DNA of 64,000 nt, taken from assembly GCA_023515725.1 (NCBI GenBank), contig JALDTO010000192.1:635437-699436 (forward strand), given 5' to 3'. Both the position numbers and the translations under genes were made by a program. Positions 1-12,927 of this stretch are shown here, in pieces; positions within the stretch are counted from its first letter, which is position 1; each line of letters starts with the position of its first letter. Below the pieces are notes generated by a model. It was not told where the DNA came from. It was given only the letters and a program-made list of their open reading frames with translations, and ran no database searches. The stretch comes from Amoeboaphelidium protococcarum X5 (Eukaryota; Fungi; Aphelidiomycota).

Positions 1-743
1 ATTTGCCAGTACTTATAATGCTTGATTTTGACTTAGTTAGCTTTAAAAAAGTGCTCAATGCGCTGAGAGTGGAGGACTCTTGATGCTTTGTGAATGATAG
101 AACCACCCAGACGAGAGCTATAAGGCAGATAGTAATCGTCATGAATGAATATTTTACCATTTTAGTCTGCGACTCTGACGTTCAAGTTTTTGCCATTCAG
201 TCCTCTGATTTCTTTAGTCACCATCACTGTAATGCGCCTAACAGTGAAGTCGTTTGACTCGCCCATTACACTATGCGTGACTTCCGAAGTGCGGAACTTC
301 CACATGTTATGGCTGGCTGCTAACTCCCGATGCAGTTATGAGGCTTTAGTTTATACCACTTCATTGGTGAGATCATCGGGGGCCCAGATCCAGTAACGGT
401 GGTTTAGGTGTACGCGATTATATGGAGGACTCTGAGAACTTTGGTGTTCAACTGCCATTTCAGTACCATCTTCATAGTTTTTGGCAGGCACATCCGTTCT
501 TGGTTAGTGAGGAGTTTGGTACTACTCTAGTTCATGCGCTTTCTCTTCTGGCTCATCTGCAGCGCGTTGAAACAGGCCAGCTGGATCTCCTGCTTAATCT
601 TGAGCCTTCATTTAGTGGATCATGATTTCTTTTTAAGGGTCTTGTTCTTTGAATATCTCTTCGAGCTCCTTCGGATCATCAGGTGGAAAATCTAGATCCA
701 TTTCAATCACGTCTTCTTGGTCAATTATGTTCTAGTCTGGCAT
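1..743 (-). CDS. Hypothetical protein, runs off the window edge (at least 247 aa in table 6)
   Basis: ATG at 743; the frame has no TGA down to position 1 (MPDQNIIDQEDVIEMDLDFPPDDPKELEE...HRYWIWAPDD...IEHFFKANQVKIKHYKYWQ). No family recognised. Confidence 0.6.
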
Positions 744-1317
744 GTCGTTGATTGTATGATCGTTTTTTACAATAATCAATTAGCAATTAAACCTTGTAAA
801 CTGAGCTATAGTACGATATTAATTAAGCATAGGAGAGGGTGCCATTCTCTGTTTTAATAAAATTCTTTACCAGATCAAATGCAACTTTCTTCAATTTCTA
901 TCTAGCAGCTTACTCTATATCTGGCTGGTTATACTACAGTATTTTCCCACTCACTACACTGTTCTAAATTTAATTTTACAGCCTATACCTTTATCGACGC
1001 TCTGGTGAGCAAACATTTTCATCAGTGAATTACTTTGAATCTCTATCAGAATCTTCCGATGTTTATGTCATTTACACTTAATCACCACTTTGATAAAGTG
1101 CAATTAAATCCTGCAGATAACTCAACGTCACTGCGAAAAAACTCAAATGGTAAAACAAGGCCGACCTTAGGTAAAATATCAAACAGGAAACTAAAGGGTA
1201 CAACACAACTCAAAAGACATTTATACTTTATATTTATAATCATGAATTTTCATTTTAAACACACACACACCACATTAATCTTCCAACAGTACAAAATTGC
1301 AAATTTCAACACAATGA

Positions 1318-4299
1318 TCATTCTTGCTACATCCATGCCTGGGATCCCACAATCTTTTCCAACTTGGTGACCACATGTCTACCATAAGTAAACTTCTTGA
1401 TCATTACCACATTTGGTCTCACTACAGCCAGTATTTTCTCAAGTTATGGCTTTGAACACACTTCAAGCAGTCTCTGCACCACATAGTTGGCAAATTGATC
1501 GCGCATCATCTGCATCAGAGGCATGTTCTCCACATTTTACTACGATGAAGGTGATTACTACGAAGCACTGCCCATTTTACCAGCAGGAATTGCCAGTAAT
1601 TCATCAATCAGCTCAGTGCGCTAAGTCTCACTTGCATAAATGACACACTTCTCGATCACATTACTGGCAAACTTGTGGCGGGATAGATGCAGCAATTAGC
1701 CTCTGACCTGTCGCAGAATATTAGCACGATCTTCTGGATTGCCACGCTCCAAAATGTGCTAAATCACATAGTTTCCATACTAATCCTGCACCAGTGTCTG
1801 CGTGAATGTACTCAACTCTGTCACCAGCGGACGAGTCAAAGCTTCATCACAGTGCTCAAAAATTCTCTGCATCACACGACAACCATAAGCATGAGTGGCC
1901 AGTGAAAATACTTGTCCACCAAAGCTACCAATAATCACTTTGATATCACTAGGCGAGGCAATCTCAATAGCCTTCTGCACAACATGATTTCCATTCTGAT
2001 CCTTCACCAGGGCAGTGATTGAAGGCTCAAGCTCATGTATGATCTGGCATTACTCTTCAGGTCTGCCAAACTCCAGAGACTTTTACACAACACGACAGCC
2101 ATACGTTTAAACAGATAGCTGCATAAATTTACCAGCCATATTCTGAATCAGACGAGAACGCTACTCAGGCGAACCGTATTCAAAAAACTTTTACACCACA
2201 TAGTTGCCGAATACGTCCGTGGTAAGATCAAAAGAGTGCGAGCATAGCTCTTCAAACAGGGCAGCACGTACCTTTGGCTCAGCATACTCCAACTTCTGTT
2301 GAATAAAGCGACTACCATGCTAATCAGAACTGAATTCAACCACATGCCCAAGAATATCTCCCAGCTCGTACTTTCTCGTTTTCATATTAGCTCTGAACTC
2401 ATCCAATGCCTATGAACGATTCTGCTAAACAGGTGCAGACTAACGCGTATGAGAGCGAGTAAATCGTTCATTGTTACCACCGTGATGCTAAAAGCCGTTG
2501 TGCGCACCGTGATTGCCATTGTTATGGTAATTGTGATGATGTTACTGCTGCTGATAGCCATGATGACCATGTGACATTGAATCTGAATAATAAGCATGTT
2601 ATGCAGATTGTGGACGACTTTGGTGATAGTCAAAACTATCGTGTGGATACTACATTAACATTGACGGATTGGCAGATGTGTAAGAATTACGATTCACTTG
2701 AGCCGGATAATTCAAAGCACCAGACGCAGAATGATCAAATTCTGGAAAGCCAGAGTTTAGGCCACCAAATTACATACTATGATTATAAGGTTTCTCATGC
2801 TGGTAGGAATGAGTACTAACCATAGACGGTGAATTAAATGCAGCAACTCTTGCAGACGGGGACGATTTGTTGTAACCTGAACCGCCATTCTGCTCAGTAA
2901 GAGATGATTACGGCGGCTGTCCAAAGTCATCTTCATCCGAGAGGCCAAAATTACGAATAGAAGCTATCATATCCTTATCCAAATGCGTATCATCAGATTC
3001 CTCAATATCATCAATGACAATAGACTGACTCAAGTGCGAGTGGCTTATCAGAGGGCTCTGATTCGTTGGATGATGGTGAGAGTGCACAGACAAAGAAGAG
3101 CCAGAGCGCTAAACTCCCCTGTTCACTGCACCATTATTACCATTAAACGCGTTCATGGCAGCAGTTGGAGGGGTAGAAGATGATCTTGGCAACGCAACCA
3201 GGCTCTGAAATTACTAAATCGAAAGTCCCGGAGGAGGCGGAGTCTTGGAAGCCAATCTCAAACGCTGCAAATCAGCACCAACATCCACATGACCACTAGG
3301 GAGGCGGCCAGCTTTTTGCGACTATTGCTACTAACTGTACATCATACCTGGTGACGGTGTTCTGTTAATATTAGAACCGACAGCTGAGCGGTACTAAGAC
3401 TCTCCCTGACTGCTGAGATGCTACTAAGACTACTATTACTACTACTAATGAAGACTGTAGATAGGTGCAGACTCAGGAGCATTATGAACCTACATACGAC
3501 TGACCGGCTACTAACGTGGAGACCCAACAGATTTCTGCTTCATCATCAAATTAGGAGACTAATGATGATGGTGATTATGATTATGGTTCAGCCTGGAATC
3601 AGAGCTGGTCCAAGCAGAACTGGCTCCGTTAGTGCCACTACCACCGCCAATAGCTGCACTTGCACTATTAGGTGATCCCCAAATCTACCAAGCCTGTCCA
3701 CTCTGGTACCCGGGGGTAGGCAGCTATTGATAAGAAGAGGATCCTCTCTCACTACTCGACATGAAGCTCTCAATCTCCTATACAACCTCCGGCTCTTGAT
3801 CATTGATATCTGCAAACTGATCACGATGCTGCTACTACTACTGAATTCCACCACCAACATTGTTCATGATACCAAACAAACCGCCATCACTAGCAGTGTC
3901 CAAAGTATCATCCTAGAGCAAGAGGCTAGCCGTAGTGGCATTCATACCCAAACGACTTCTGGATGGTAACAGCGGAGACTGAGAATTCTTACCAGCACCA
4001 AGACCACCACCAACACCACCATTCATAAAAGGCTGAATAGGAGGCGCACTACTACTTCTGCTAATATCCTTAATCAGATCACTAAAACCGCCATCATCAT
4101 GCAATCCAAATGGGAAACGAGATTAAGACAGCTACTGTTTTCTCTGCGCCGGTACAGCGGAAATACCATCAGCATGAGGTGACGCCCCAACAGGAGCAGG
4201 TCTCACCGGATCTGCCTATTTCTCAAGGCCAGCATTATTATCACTACTATTTTTGCTTTTATTATTCTTGTTATTACTATTGTTATTCATCATTTTCAT
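1318..4299 (-). CDS. Pumilio/PUF RNA-binding protein (PUM1/Puf3-like), ~993 aa, intronless
   Basis: C-terminal PUF repeats ([50 protein letters not shown]) and an N-terminal low-complexity region with RSSSAPP. ORF fragments share one frame from ATG 4299 to TGA 1320-1318. Confidence 0.93.
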
Positions 4300-5018
4300 T
4301 CACCAGACAAAGAGATAGATATACTATTAATATTACAATTTTACACACAGGGGTATTTGACTATTATGCACACTATGTACAAATTAATTATCCTATTGCC
4401 GTATATAATGGAATAGATCAGACTCTGGGAAGTGCCAATTATTACAAAGGAATCAGATATACAGCGCAACTATTATAAGAGAAAGTGTGTGTGTGTGTGA
4501 TACTTTGTATTACTAACCTATAAACTATCACAACAATTGAAGGATGAGATAATGACGAGTTAATTAACAATTAGGATTGAGAAGAGGAATTTTCACAAAT
4601 CTTTTTTTTACCAATTTTCTCGTCGATAAAAGCCCAGCTCTGCGACTCCTTTAAAATGAAATTTTTCTCGCACCAAGTTTTGTGTTACTTAATCGCCTGC
4701 TCCTGATTCGAACAAAGCTTCTAAATTAGTTTAATCTCTAGTCGCTGATTGATCATTGCTGTGTACAAATGTTCCAAGGCCAAGGATTCAATATATAAAT
4801 TTCTTGAGTCTGATACATTAAATCTTAAGACCAAATACGCGATTTTCTGTATTTAAGGCGTCTGTGTTAATTATCGAACGTTTTTTACAATGCGGTCACC
4901 TTGATGATGTGCTTGGTCTAATGTCTTTCTTCTTATCATCCTCTTTTCTTCTTTGATTCGTCTAATTGGTATTGTTAATCTAATTTAATTTCTAAAAATT
5001 TAACATTCTAAATTTAAA

Positions 5019-5498
5019 ATGTCAAATCAATAGTAATAAGGACTGTCATCTCGCGGATCTGCTACCGTGGTAGTGGAAGATAATTCTAATTCAACAGAGG
5101 AAGATCCTTAAGAGCGAATCGTCCGCAACTAGTAGCCTATCATTGTAGTTGGTGACTAATCTCCTTCTTAACAATCTGAACAATCATCTTAACAGTAGTA
5201 ATAGTAATAGTAATAAGAATAAGAATAGTAATCTGAGAATAGAGTGCGATGGGCGGATGATGTTGTGGATAATGAGAATTTGAACAGAAAGTCGAGCAAG
5301 ATTTGCTGCATCTACGTGAAGGATGATGATGATGAAGATGCGGAAGAGTCTGACAATGATTAAAGTAATAATGATCCTCACCAAGGTGGCTCATCATAAT
5401 CGAATGCTGATGGTAAAAAGAATGCATATGAAAGGTAGCCCAAGTATAAAAGCCACAAGCATCATAAACATGATCACAATTGTCACCAATAAAATTGA
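5019..5498 (+). CDS. YPI1: Protein phosphatase 1 inhibitor-3 (Ypi1/PPP1R11)
   Basis: RVRW PP1-docking motif followed by [20 protein letters not shown] and NAYERQPK; ATG 5019, TGA 5496-5498. Missed by the standard-code track. Confidence 0.92.
5190..5231 (+). repeat. TAA/TAG trinucleotide run encoding a poly-Gln tract within YPI1
   Basis: In-frame TAA CAG TAG TAA TAG TAA TAG TAA TAA GAA TAA GAA TAG TAA. Confidence 0.85.
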
Positions 5499-5595
5499 AG
5501 TTTCAACACTTGATAATTATACTCTGCGAATATACGTATAATTTTCAAAATATACTCATCTTCACAATACTCATAAAGTAACAATTACCAAGAGA

Positions 5596-6567
5596 TCATC
5601 TGGAATGACGTTCACGCAAGATTTTAAGCAAAGCCAGTACCAAATCTCCTCCGCGTTATTGCAACTGCTGCAAGGTGACCCCCACAGATTGCAATAAATC
5701 ATCAGCTTATCCATTCTGCAGCTTTTCACGCAACTGCTGAACTTACTCCACAAAGCGCGGGTCTCTAATCAGACTCTATACCTGCGCATTGGTTAGTTGG
5801 TCAGAATTACCACCTGGATGATGCGAAAACAATTAATCTCTAAGTAGATTATTACTCAGCGCAGGTGTGACCACCTCTGGAGTAAACTGACTCAGAATGG
5901 GATTCTGCGAGTCTCCACCCATATCAACATCATCTTGATTCTACTCAACTGCAGCAGATCCACTCACGTCAGTATCAGTGTCCATAGCCAATCCTTGCTG
6001 TCTCAGCAAATCCATCAACTGTCTCTGCTCTGCATTATCCATGCCCTGCAGTAATCCGGCTACACCGTCTTGTCCGACAGGCATGTCTAATGATACAGCT
6101 CCTGCTGGTCCATCCTTCAAAATCTTGTTCACTTTGGTGATCAGCTCCTTCTCCTTCTCCTTGCCAGCTTCATTATCTTCCAGTACAAAAGACTCCTAGA
6201 TCCAGAAGAACAATCTCTGAGACGAGGTGTTAAACTTGAGGACATACACTCCGCGACCGCCGTTAGCCTGTGGGATCAGTTTGAACTCTGCATCTCCCGG
6301 GAACATGATGAGATCATCTTCTACCGCAGCACCGATGGCACCATTCTCACGGCTCTTCCAGCACAGATGAACCAGCTAATCATCTTCATTCTTGGTGAGG
6401 TAGAATGATCCTTTGCGAGGATCAGCCGTGACTTGAGTTCCAACTCTGTTCAATTTACCACACTTGAACTCGACCAGATGGCGAGCACTAGCACCAACTC
6501 CTCTCTAGTTATTACCTCTACCAGCTCCGGCAAACAAGTCAACCACTTGCTAAGTTTACTAAGCCAT
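5596..6567 (-). CDS. RPN13: Proteasome ubiquitin receptor Rpn13/ADRM1
   Basis: Pru domain [23 protein letters not shown]...[11 protein letters not shown]...[13 protein letters not shown]...[22 protein letters not shown]; ATG 6567, TGA 5598-5596. Confidence 0.92.
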
Positions 6568-6891
6568 TTTGTCTCAAATTAAAGTGATTCTACGAAATAT
6601 AGACTATCTTGACGTTATAAAAGGAGAAAAAGGAACAAGCTGTTTTAACTATAGACGTTTTCGTTAACTGAACGGAGGAGAAAACTGAAAACTGAGAGCG
6701 GCAAAAGAAGACGATTCACTCTCGGCGCTGGGGAAAAGGCCGTATATTTAGAAGTGCCAAACGTTCCTTCAAACGCGGAGCTTTTGATACTTCTTTTCTT
6801 GAAACAAAATTGAAATATAGTTTGCATCCTTGTAGGTGTGTGTATACAGTTACGGATTCGACAGAAAAATAACTTAATTGTTGTAAATATA

Positions 6892-7907
6892 ATGGGAGGT
6901 AGTGTTTGATATTTTATTAATAAAGACTTATAATTAAAATTAAACTGTTTAAATGTATTGTAGCTGATTTGGATGCGTGGCTGGTTGAGGTGAAAGAGTG
7001 TAAGGCTTTGTAGGAAAAATAGATGCGGACATTGTGTGAGATTGTTCAGTCCTACCTGATGGAAGAGTCCAATGTTCAGCCAGTCTCGAGTCCTGTGACT
7101 ATTTGCGGTGATATTCATGGTCAGTTCTATGATCTCTTGGAGCTATTTAATGTTGGCGGCGAGTGTCCAGATACCAAGTACATTTTCATGGGCGACTTTG
7201 TGGACCGCGGCTACTTCTCTCTGGAGACTTGGACTCTGCTCCTTGTGCTTAAGGCCAGGTACCCGGATAGGATAACTCTATTACGAGGGAATCATGAGAG
7301 TAGACAGATTACGCAGGTGTACGGATTCTATGATGAATGCATGTAAAAGTATGGTAATGCTAATGTTTGGCGATACTCGTGTCAAGTTTTTGATTACCTC
7401 GGCTTGGCTGCCATCATTGACGGCCGGGTGTTGTGTGTGCATGGTGGACTGAGCCCGGATGTTTCCACCATTGATGGTATTAGATCGCTTGATCGGGTAA
7501 AGGAGATTCCTCATGCCGGTGCTTTCTGCGATCTGATGTGGAGTGATCCTGAAGATATTGAAGGCTGGGCAGTGTCACCTAGAGGTGCTGGTTGGTTATT
7601 TGGCAGTCGGGTGACATCAGAGTTTAATCATTTGAATGGCCTCACTATGATTGCTCGTGCCCATTAGCTCGTCCAAGAAGGATACAAGTTTATGTTTCCC
7701 AATGAGAATTTGGTTACTGTATGGTCTGCACCTAATTACTGTTATAGATGTGGTAATGTGGCCTCAATATTGTGTATTGATGATGTAGATGTGCCCGCCA
7801 GTCCAGTATCGAAAATTGATGATACCTGCTTCAAGATATTTTCCGCTGTGCCTGACCAAGAGCGTTTTCTCCCTTAGCGCAACAAACCATCTGAATACTT
7901 TATGTGA
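6892..7907 (+). CDS. SIT4: Ser/Thr phosphatase PP6/Sit4 catalytic subunit; intron 6899-6963
   Basis: GDIHGQ, GDFVDRG, RGNHE, RAHQL (Q=TAG), [11 protein letters not shown] and PP6-type [12 protein letters not shown] and [11 protein letters not shown]; ends SEYFM-TGA. Confidence 0.93.
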
Positions 7908-8167
7908 TAAGTTTAGAGCATTAGTTGTTCAATGTGCTGTAAATAAATATAATTCTGTTTTGTAGTTGAATTAAAAGCTATTATAGCAAAAGCCTTGATT
8001 AAATTTGAAACATTTATATTGTCATTGTGTTGTCCTCTTCCATTATCATCATCACTATCATCCACCAAATCATAATAATAATAAAAATAACGAAACATTC
8101 ATCATGCACAGCTTTCTCGATTGACTGGACCCACTTATTGATTGTGATACTCCAACTTACTTTAGAA

Positions 8168-9715
8168 TCAGAATCCACTATTGGCAACAATGTAGTTGCC
8201 GCAAATCTTATCATCAATAGCTGTAAGATTCTACTTAATGCCAGCACCCATTCTACCATAACGATAACAAGCTTCTTCTCTGAATACGTCATACAATCGC
8301 CTGTTGTACTTTCTCTCCACTCTTCTATCACTCTCCGGATAAGGATGTCGCTGATGTATTAGGAAATCGTCTGGCATTACCCAAAACTCCGCACCAGACA
8401 GAAAGATCTCATATAAGCACGCAGCCTTATTCGCACCATACCCAGTAAATCGTTCATCACACCAAGGCAGGCCCTCCTTCTTCATCAGCACGTACGGCTC
8501 ATAATTGTAATTGTATTGAGTCACTTGGTACGGCTGATCTGACTATACCCATCGAGCATAATCTGTGGGTCCGTGTCCTCTTTTCCAACTATCATGGAAC
8601 ATAACCAGATGATGTTTTTAGATGAACGGTATGGCCGCTTGCTTAGTGGACGGATACTAATCCACTTCCAACTCAACGGCAGAATTACTAAATTCAAAGG
8701 CTGGCACCACTAAAACGGCCGAGGCGTCCATGACTTTAGTCTTCAAGTCTTGTGGTATCTTGAGGGCAAAATTGGATTCTAACTCGGTGCATATAAAGAA
8801 ATCAACATCCATAGTCATGATTAGATCGGATCTTGCAAACATTCTAGCTATATTGCGCCAATAGTTGAATTACCTGTCAAATTTATCGATAACCAGATGG
8901 AGATCGACATACTTTGCAAATTCTGCACTCTATTTAGTCATCTCGGCAACTTGATCTAATGCATATTTGACATTCTCATCATCCGGAAGGTGTAATGTCA
9001 CAGACACCGGGCCATGATACTTGCGAACCAGTTGGTCCAGCACAGTTAATCTACCAATTGTGATCAGAGTGGTGATTGTAATGTCATCCATCATCGGAGT
9101 GTAAGACATTCTCAAGTAGTACGGTGTAAGACTGGATGGCTTTAGTGCATGCTGGAATAACTTGCTATGTAGAATAGAATCAGACAACTGATGCAATGGA
9201 TTACCAGAAACCTGAACAGAACTGTCCGACGAATAGTGCAGAGGTGAAAGTTACCTCAATCTATCGATCCATTTCTACGATGTAGGCTAGTTATCAGATT
9301 CAACTTCACTATCTGCAGAGTCAATACTGCTACTCTATTAAGAAAGCCTTGATAGTGGGCTCTACTTGGCAGAACGCACTCTCAACTGGACATTACTCAT
9401 ACCATTTCTGCTACCACCGCCCCCAACCGATGAAGCACCATCCTATTTCAAAACAAGAGACTTGGCCATATAGACAATATGAGTACTTGTATACGCCATA
9501 GATAGGAGTACATAGATGACAAACACAAACTTGATATACTTGAAATATGAGTAATGCATCGATTGTGCAGATGATGGCTTCCTAACTTTATCCATCAGTG
9601 CAGGGAGACTATTACTACTAATACTGCCTCCAGACTCTTTATGCAATTTATTGTATTTACTATTACCACCACTACTACTACTAGTACTACTACTACCGGT
9701 GGACGACGACTACAT
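8168..9715 (-). CDS. Glycosyltransferase family 49 (LARGE/B4GAT1-like) type II membrane protein
   Basis: N-terminal TM helix, then NYWRNIARMFARSDLIMTMDVDF (DxD), LVVPAFE, YEPYV...PWCDERFTGYGANKAAC; one frame from ATG 9715 to TGA 8170-8168. Confidence 0.88.
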
Positions 9716-10389
9716 GCAAGACAATGCTGACCACACGAGACGAGTACTAAAAGGGTAAACAATAGAACTGAGAACTAAGTGAATGAATGAATGTGTGTCT
9801 GTCTATTCAAACTGGCAGACTTTATTTCTCTCTCTCTCTCTCTCTTTATCGTTGAAACGGAATGGACAGCGACGACGACGGCGACGACCAGGGAAGCGAC
9901 CGTTGCAACAATCAGTCAACAAAACAACGACGAGCGGTGGGAAATAAAGATGAGACGTGACGCGACCAAGAAGAAGGCGACTCGTTTCAGATTCACCCAC
10001 AGATCAAACTCGCTCTCAGACCGACTTCCCTTTTGTAGAAATGACATTGTTTCTGCACGAGTAGATCGATCCCGTCCAAGCCACTTTAGGTACAATGACG
10101 CGTTCATCTGTTTCAACAATGTCAATTTGTGATGAGATTTAAGTAGATTTTAATTTTGAGGTATATTGTATATGGAGTTATCGTTGAATATGAAGGAGTC
10201 TAAGTACTGACGCAATGTGAGAGTTTCTTGAGTTTTACAAAGTGATAATGATTTATGAGATTGCGTTCCCTTTAGAAAACTTTCAATTTCTAAAGGCGAT
10301 TCGAAGACTGTTTTAGTGTCTTTGATTCGCTTTCAAGTGCTGAAGATAAGAAAGCTCTGACGTTTATAATAATTTTACCTGATTTCATT

Positions 10390-11943
10390 ATGACGAGAGG
10401 AAATCATTCACTACTTACTGATTTGTTATAAGTCCTGCACCAGTCATCTATAGTCTTGAATGTATTGCCATCCATAGTGTCTACGGGTTCTAATAGGCTA
10501 TAATCTGGATTGCGGCCACCGCGCATAATATATGTAAAGAACAATATCACGACAGATGCTTAGTCTTCAGGTTCATAATTTTAATAATAATCGGAATAAG
10601 ATTTACCTGTAATTCAAAATGAAAAGAAATAATTAGTGGCTGCCAAAGTTCCATCATCAAGAGTGTCGCGATTGGTAAATTATGGCCAGTTGGGTTTATC
10701 TATCGGTGTTAATATGCTGCGCGGTCAATCGATAAAGTCATCCGATAATCTAGATACCATAGTTTCTACACTGTCTCGTATGAGAGGAGCTGCTCTCAAA
10801 CTTGGCTAGATGTTGAGTCTGCAGGATTCTGAGATATTGCCAGAGGAGTGGCGACGCGTTCTGGTATAACTATAGAACTAAGCATACTATGTGCCTTTTG
10901 AACAGGTGGAGCCAATCTTGATTAAGGAATTGGGAAGTGATTAGAGAAGTGTATTTCAGGATTTCGAAGAGACACCCAGAGCTGCGGCATCTATTGGTCA
11001 GGTGCACTATGCTTCATTTAAGTCTCCCTCTGGTCTCATACCTGTGGCGGTGAAGATTTAGTACCCAAATGTTGCCAAATCAATCATCTCGGATCTCTCT
11101 ACTTTGAAATTGATTCTGCTAGCTTCTAAACTCTTACCGAAAGGTCTATTTCTTGATAAGACACTTGAGGCGGCTAGGAAGGAGTTGTTGCTGGAGTGTG
11201 ATTACAGGCGCGAAGCTTAGATGATGATCATGTTCTCGTAGCATCTGGATAATGATCAGACTCTTACCAGTGATACTGTGAGAGTTACGGTGCCGAAAGT
11301 ATTCGCTGACATATCTTCAGATAATGTATTGGTTTCTGAGTGGAAAGATGGCATCACATTCGGTAATTTATTATCACCATCCTCTGCTAGAATTACTCAG
11401 TAGCGATTAAATGCTATAGGATAGAGCATGTTAAAGCTGTGCTTGAACGAGATTTTCACGTATAATCTTATGCAGACTGATCCTAATTGGTCAAATTTCC
11501 TATATAACTAGCATAAGAATGAAGTTGTTCTGCTTGATTTTGGTTCCAGCAAGAGTTTTGATGATAATTTCGTGAGTCTCTATCGACAATTGCTCATCAG
11601 CGCAGTGGATATGGACCGGGACAGTGCCATCAAGTTGAGCCAGGACATTGGATATCTCACTGGATATGAATCGCAAATGATGATCAATGCGCATCTGAAT
11701 TCTCTGTTCACGCTTGCAGTGCCATTTAGAAAGAGTGGTGGATAGACTTATGATTTTGGCCGCACTGGAGTCACGACTTAGGTGAGATCTGAGATTCCAA
11801 TAATGCTAGAACATCGTCTCACCCCACCGCCTGAAGAGACTTACACTTTACACAGGAAACTTAGTGGGATCTTTCTGCTGTGCCAAAGATTAGGCTGTCG
11901 GTTCAATGCCGCACAACTTTTTGACGCTACAGTAAGAAAGTGA
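10390..11943 (+). CDS. COQ8: Atypical kinase Coq8/ABC1 (UbiB family)
   Basis: [24 protein letters not shown] (KxGQ with Q=TAG), [47 protein letters not shown]. Confidence 0.95.
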
Positions 11944-12028
11944 TGCCGAAAGATGATACATGATAAATTGAATTTCTTTTAAAGTAAGAAGACAATGATG
12001 AACGCACTACATTTTAAGGCTTAAAAGT

Positions 12029-12790
12029 TCATTTAATGCGAAGTCTATCTTCAGTCTGTTTACGCAAAGCTTCCACGGCATCACGCTCTTCATCTTTACT
12101 CGCATTATAGCTAAGAACAGTCTTATTAAACGGATTCTCGGGTGACTTTTACCATTCTTACCACATCAATTCCTTCACTTGGGTCAGTCTGAGCGATGGA
12201 TTCTCCTTCCTCAATCGAGCCAGATTGGCATCTTCAAATGCTTTATATGCAGCTTTAGCGCGTCGCTCTGGATGCTTCTCGATCTCTGTAACACCACTGC
12301 CAGTCTTGAATTATTACTTTTTACTACCAGAGGTGGCGCCTCCAGAAGTGGTAGTAGCCGCTACATCCAACAGATCAAGAGCATCATCAATGTTAGTGGC
12401 GGCAAATTCCTCAACATTGAGCGCCTATTATTCCACCTGCTTCTATTCAACCTTTTACTATTTCTTTGCTGCAGCCTTCGCACTTCCACGCGTCACTACC
12501 CCAGCCTTTTTATTACCAGAACTACCAGCAACTGCAGCAGCGGCAGCCTTCAGCTAAGACTCTTCCTCTTCTAGCAATTTTTTAGCTTCAGCTTTACGCG
12601 CTTATAACTCTGCTTTCTTCTGTGCCTCGGCAGCAGCTTTATTAGAACGCTTAGTATCAGCACCAGATTCCCATTTGGATGCCACTTCTTACTCACGAAG
12701 TTGTGCCTTCTGAGCATCTTTCTACTGCTAATTAGCTTCCTTCTTGGCTTTCGCTACCTCTGCTTTACTATTTCCCTTCTTTGGTGGCAT
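12029..12790 (-). CDS. CCDC124: Coiled-coil protein CCDC124/Lso2/Oxs1 family
   Basis: MPPKKGNSKA... and C-terminal EKHPERRAKAAYKAFEDANLARLRKENPSLRLTQVKELMWQEWQKSPENPFN. Confidence 0.9.
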
Positions 12791-12927
12791 TGTCTTCTCA
12801 ATGAATCTTCTTAGTACTGACTATATATAGAGCACAACTCGTCTAATTGCGAAGAGAGTTCGGCTGATTGACTTCTCACGCCCCAAGTGCAATTGCGAAA
12901 AGTGGGAGAAATTACTATCACAAAGAA

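Noticed and set aside
4485-4499. (GT)n, (CT)n and GA-rich tracts upstream of genes (also ~9826-9846, ~56595-56720) as CRISPR or mobile repeats
   Set aside because: They are simple microsatellites or pyrimidine-rich promoter/5'UTR tracts with no repeat-spacer structure.
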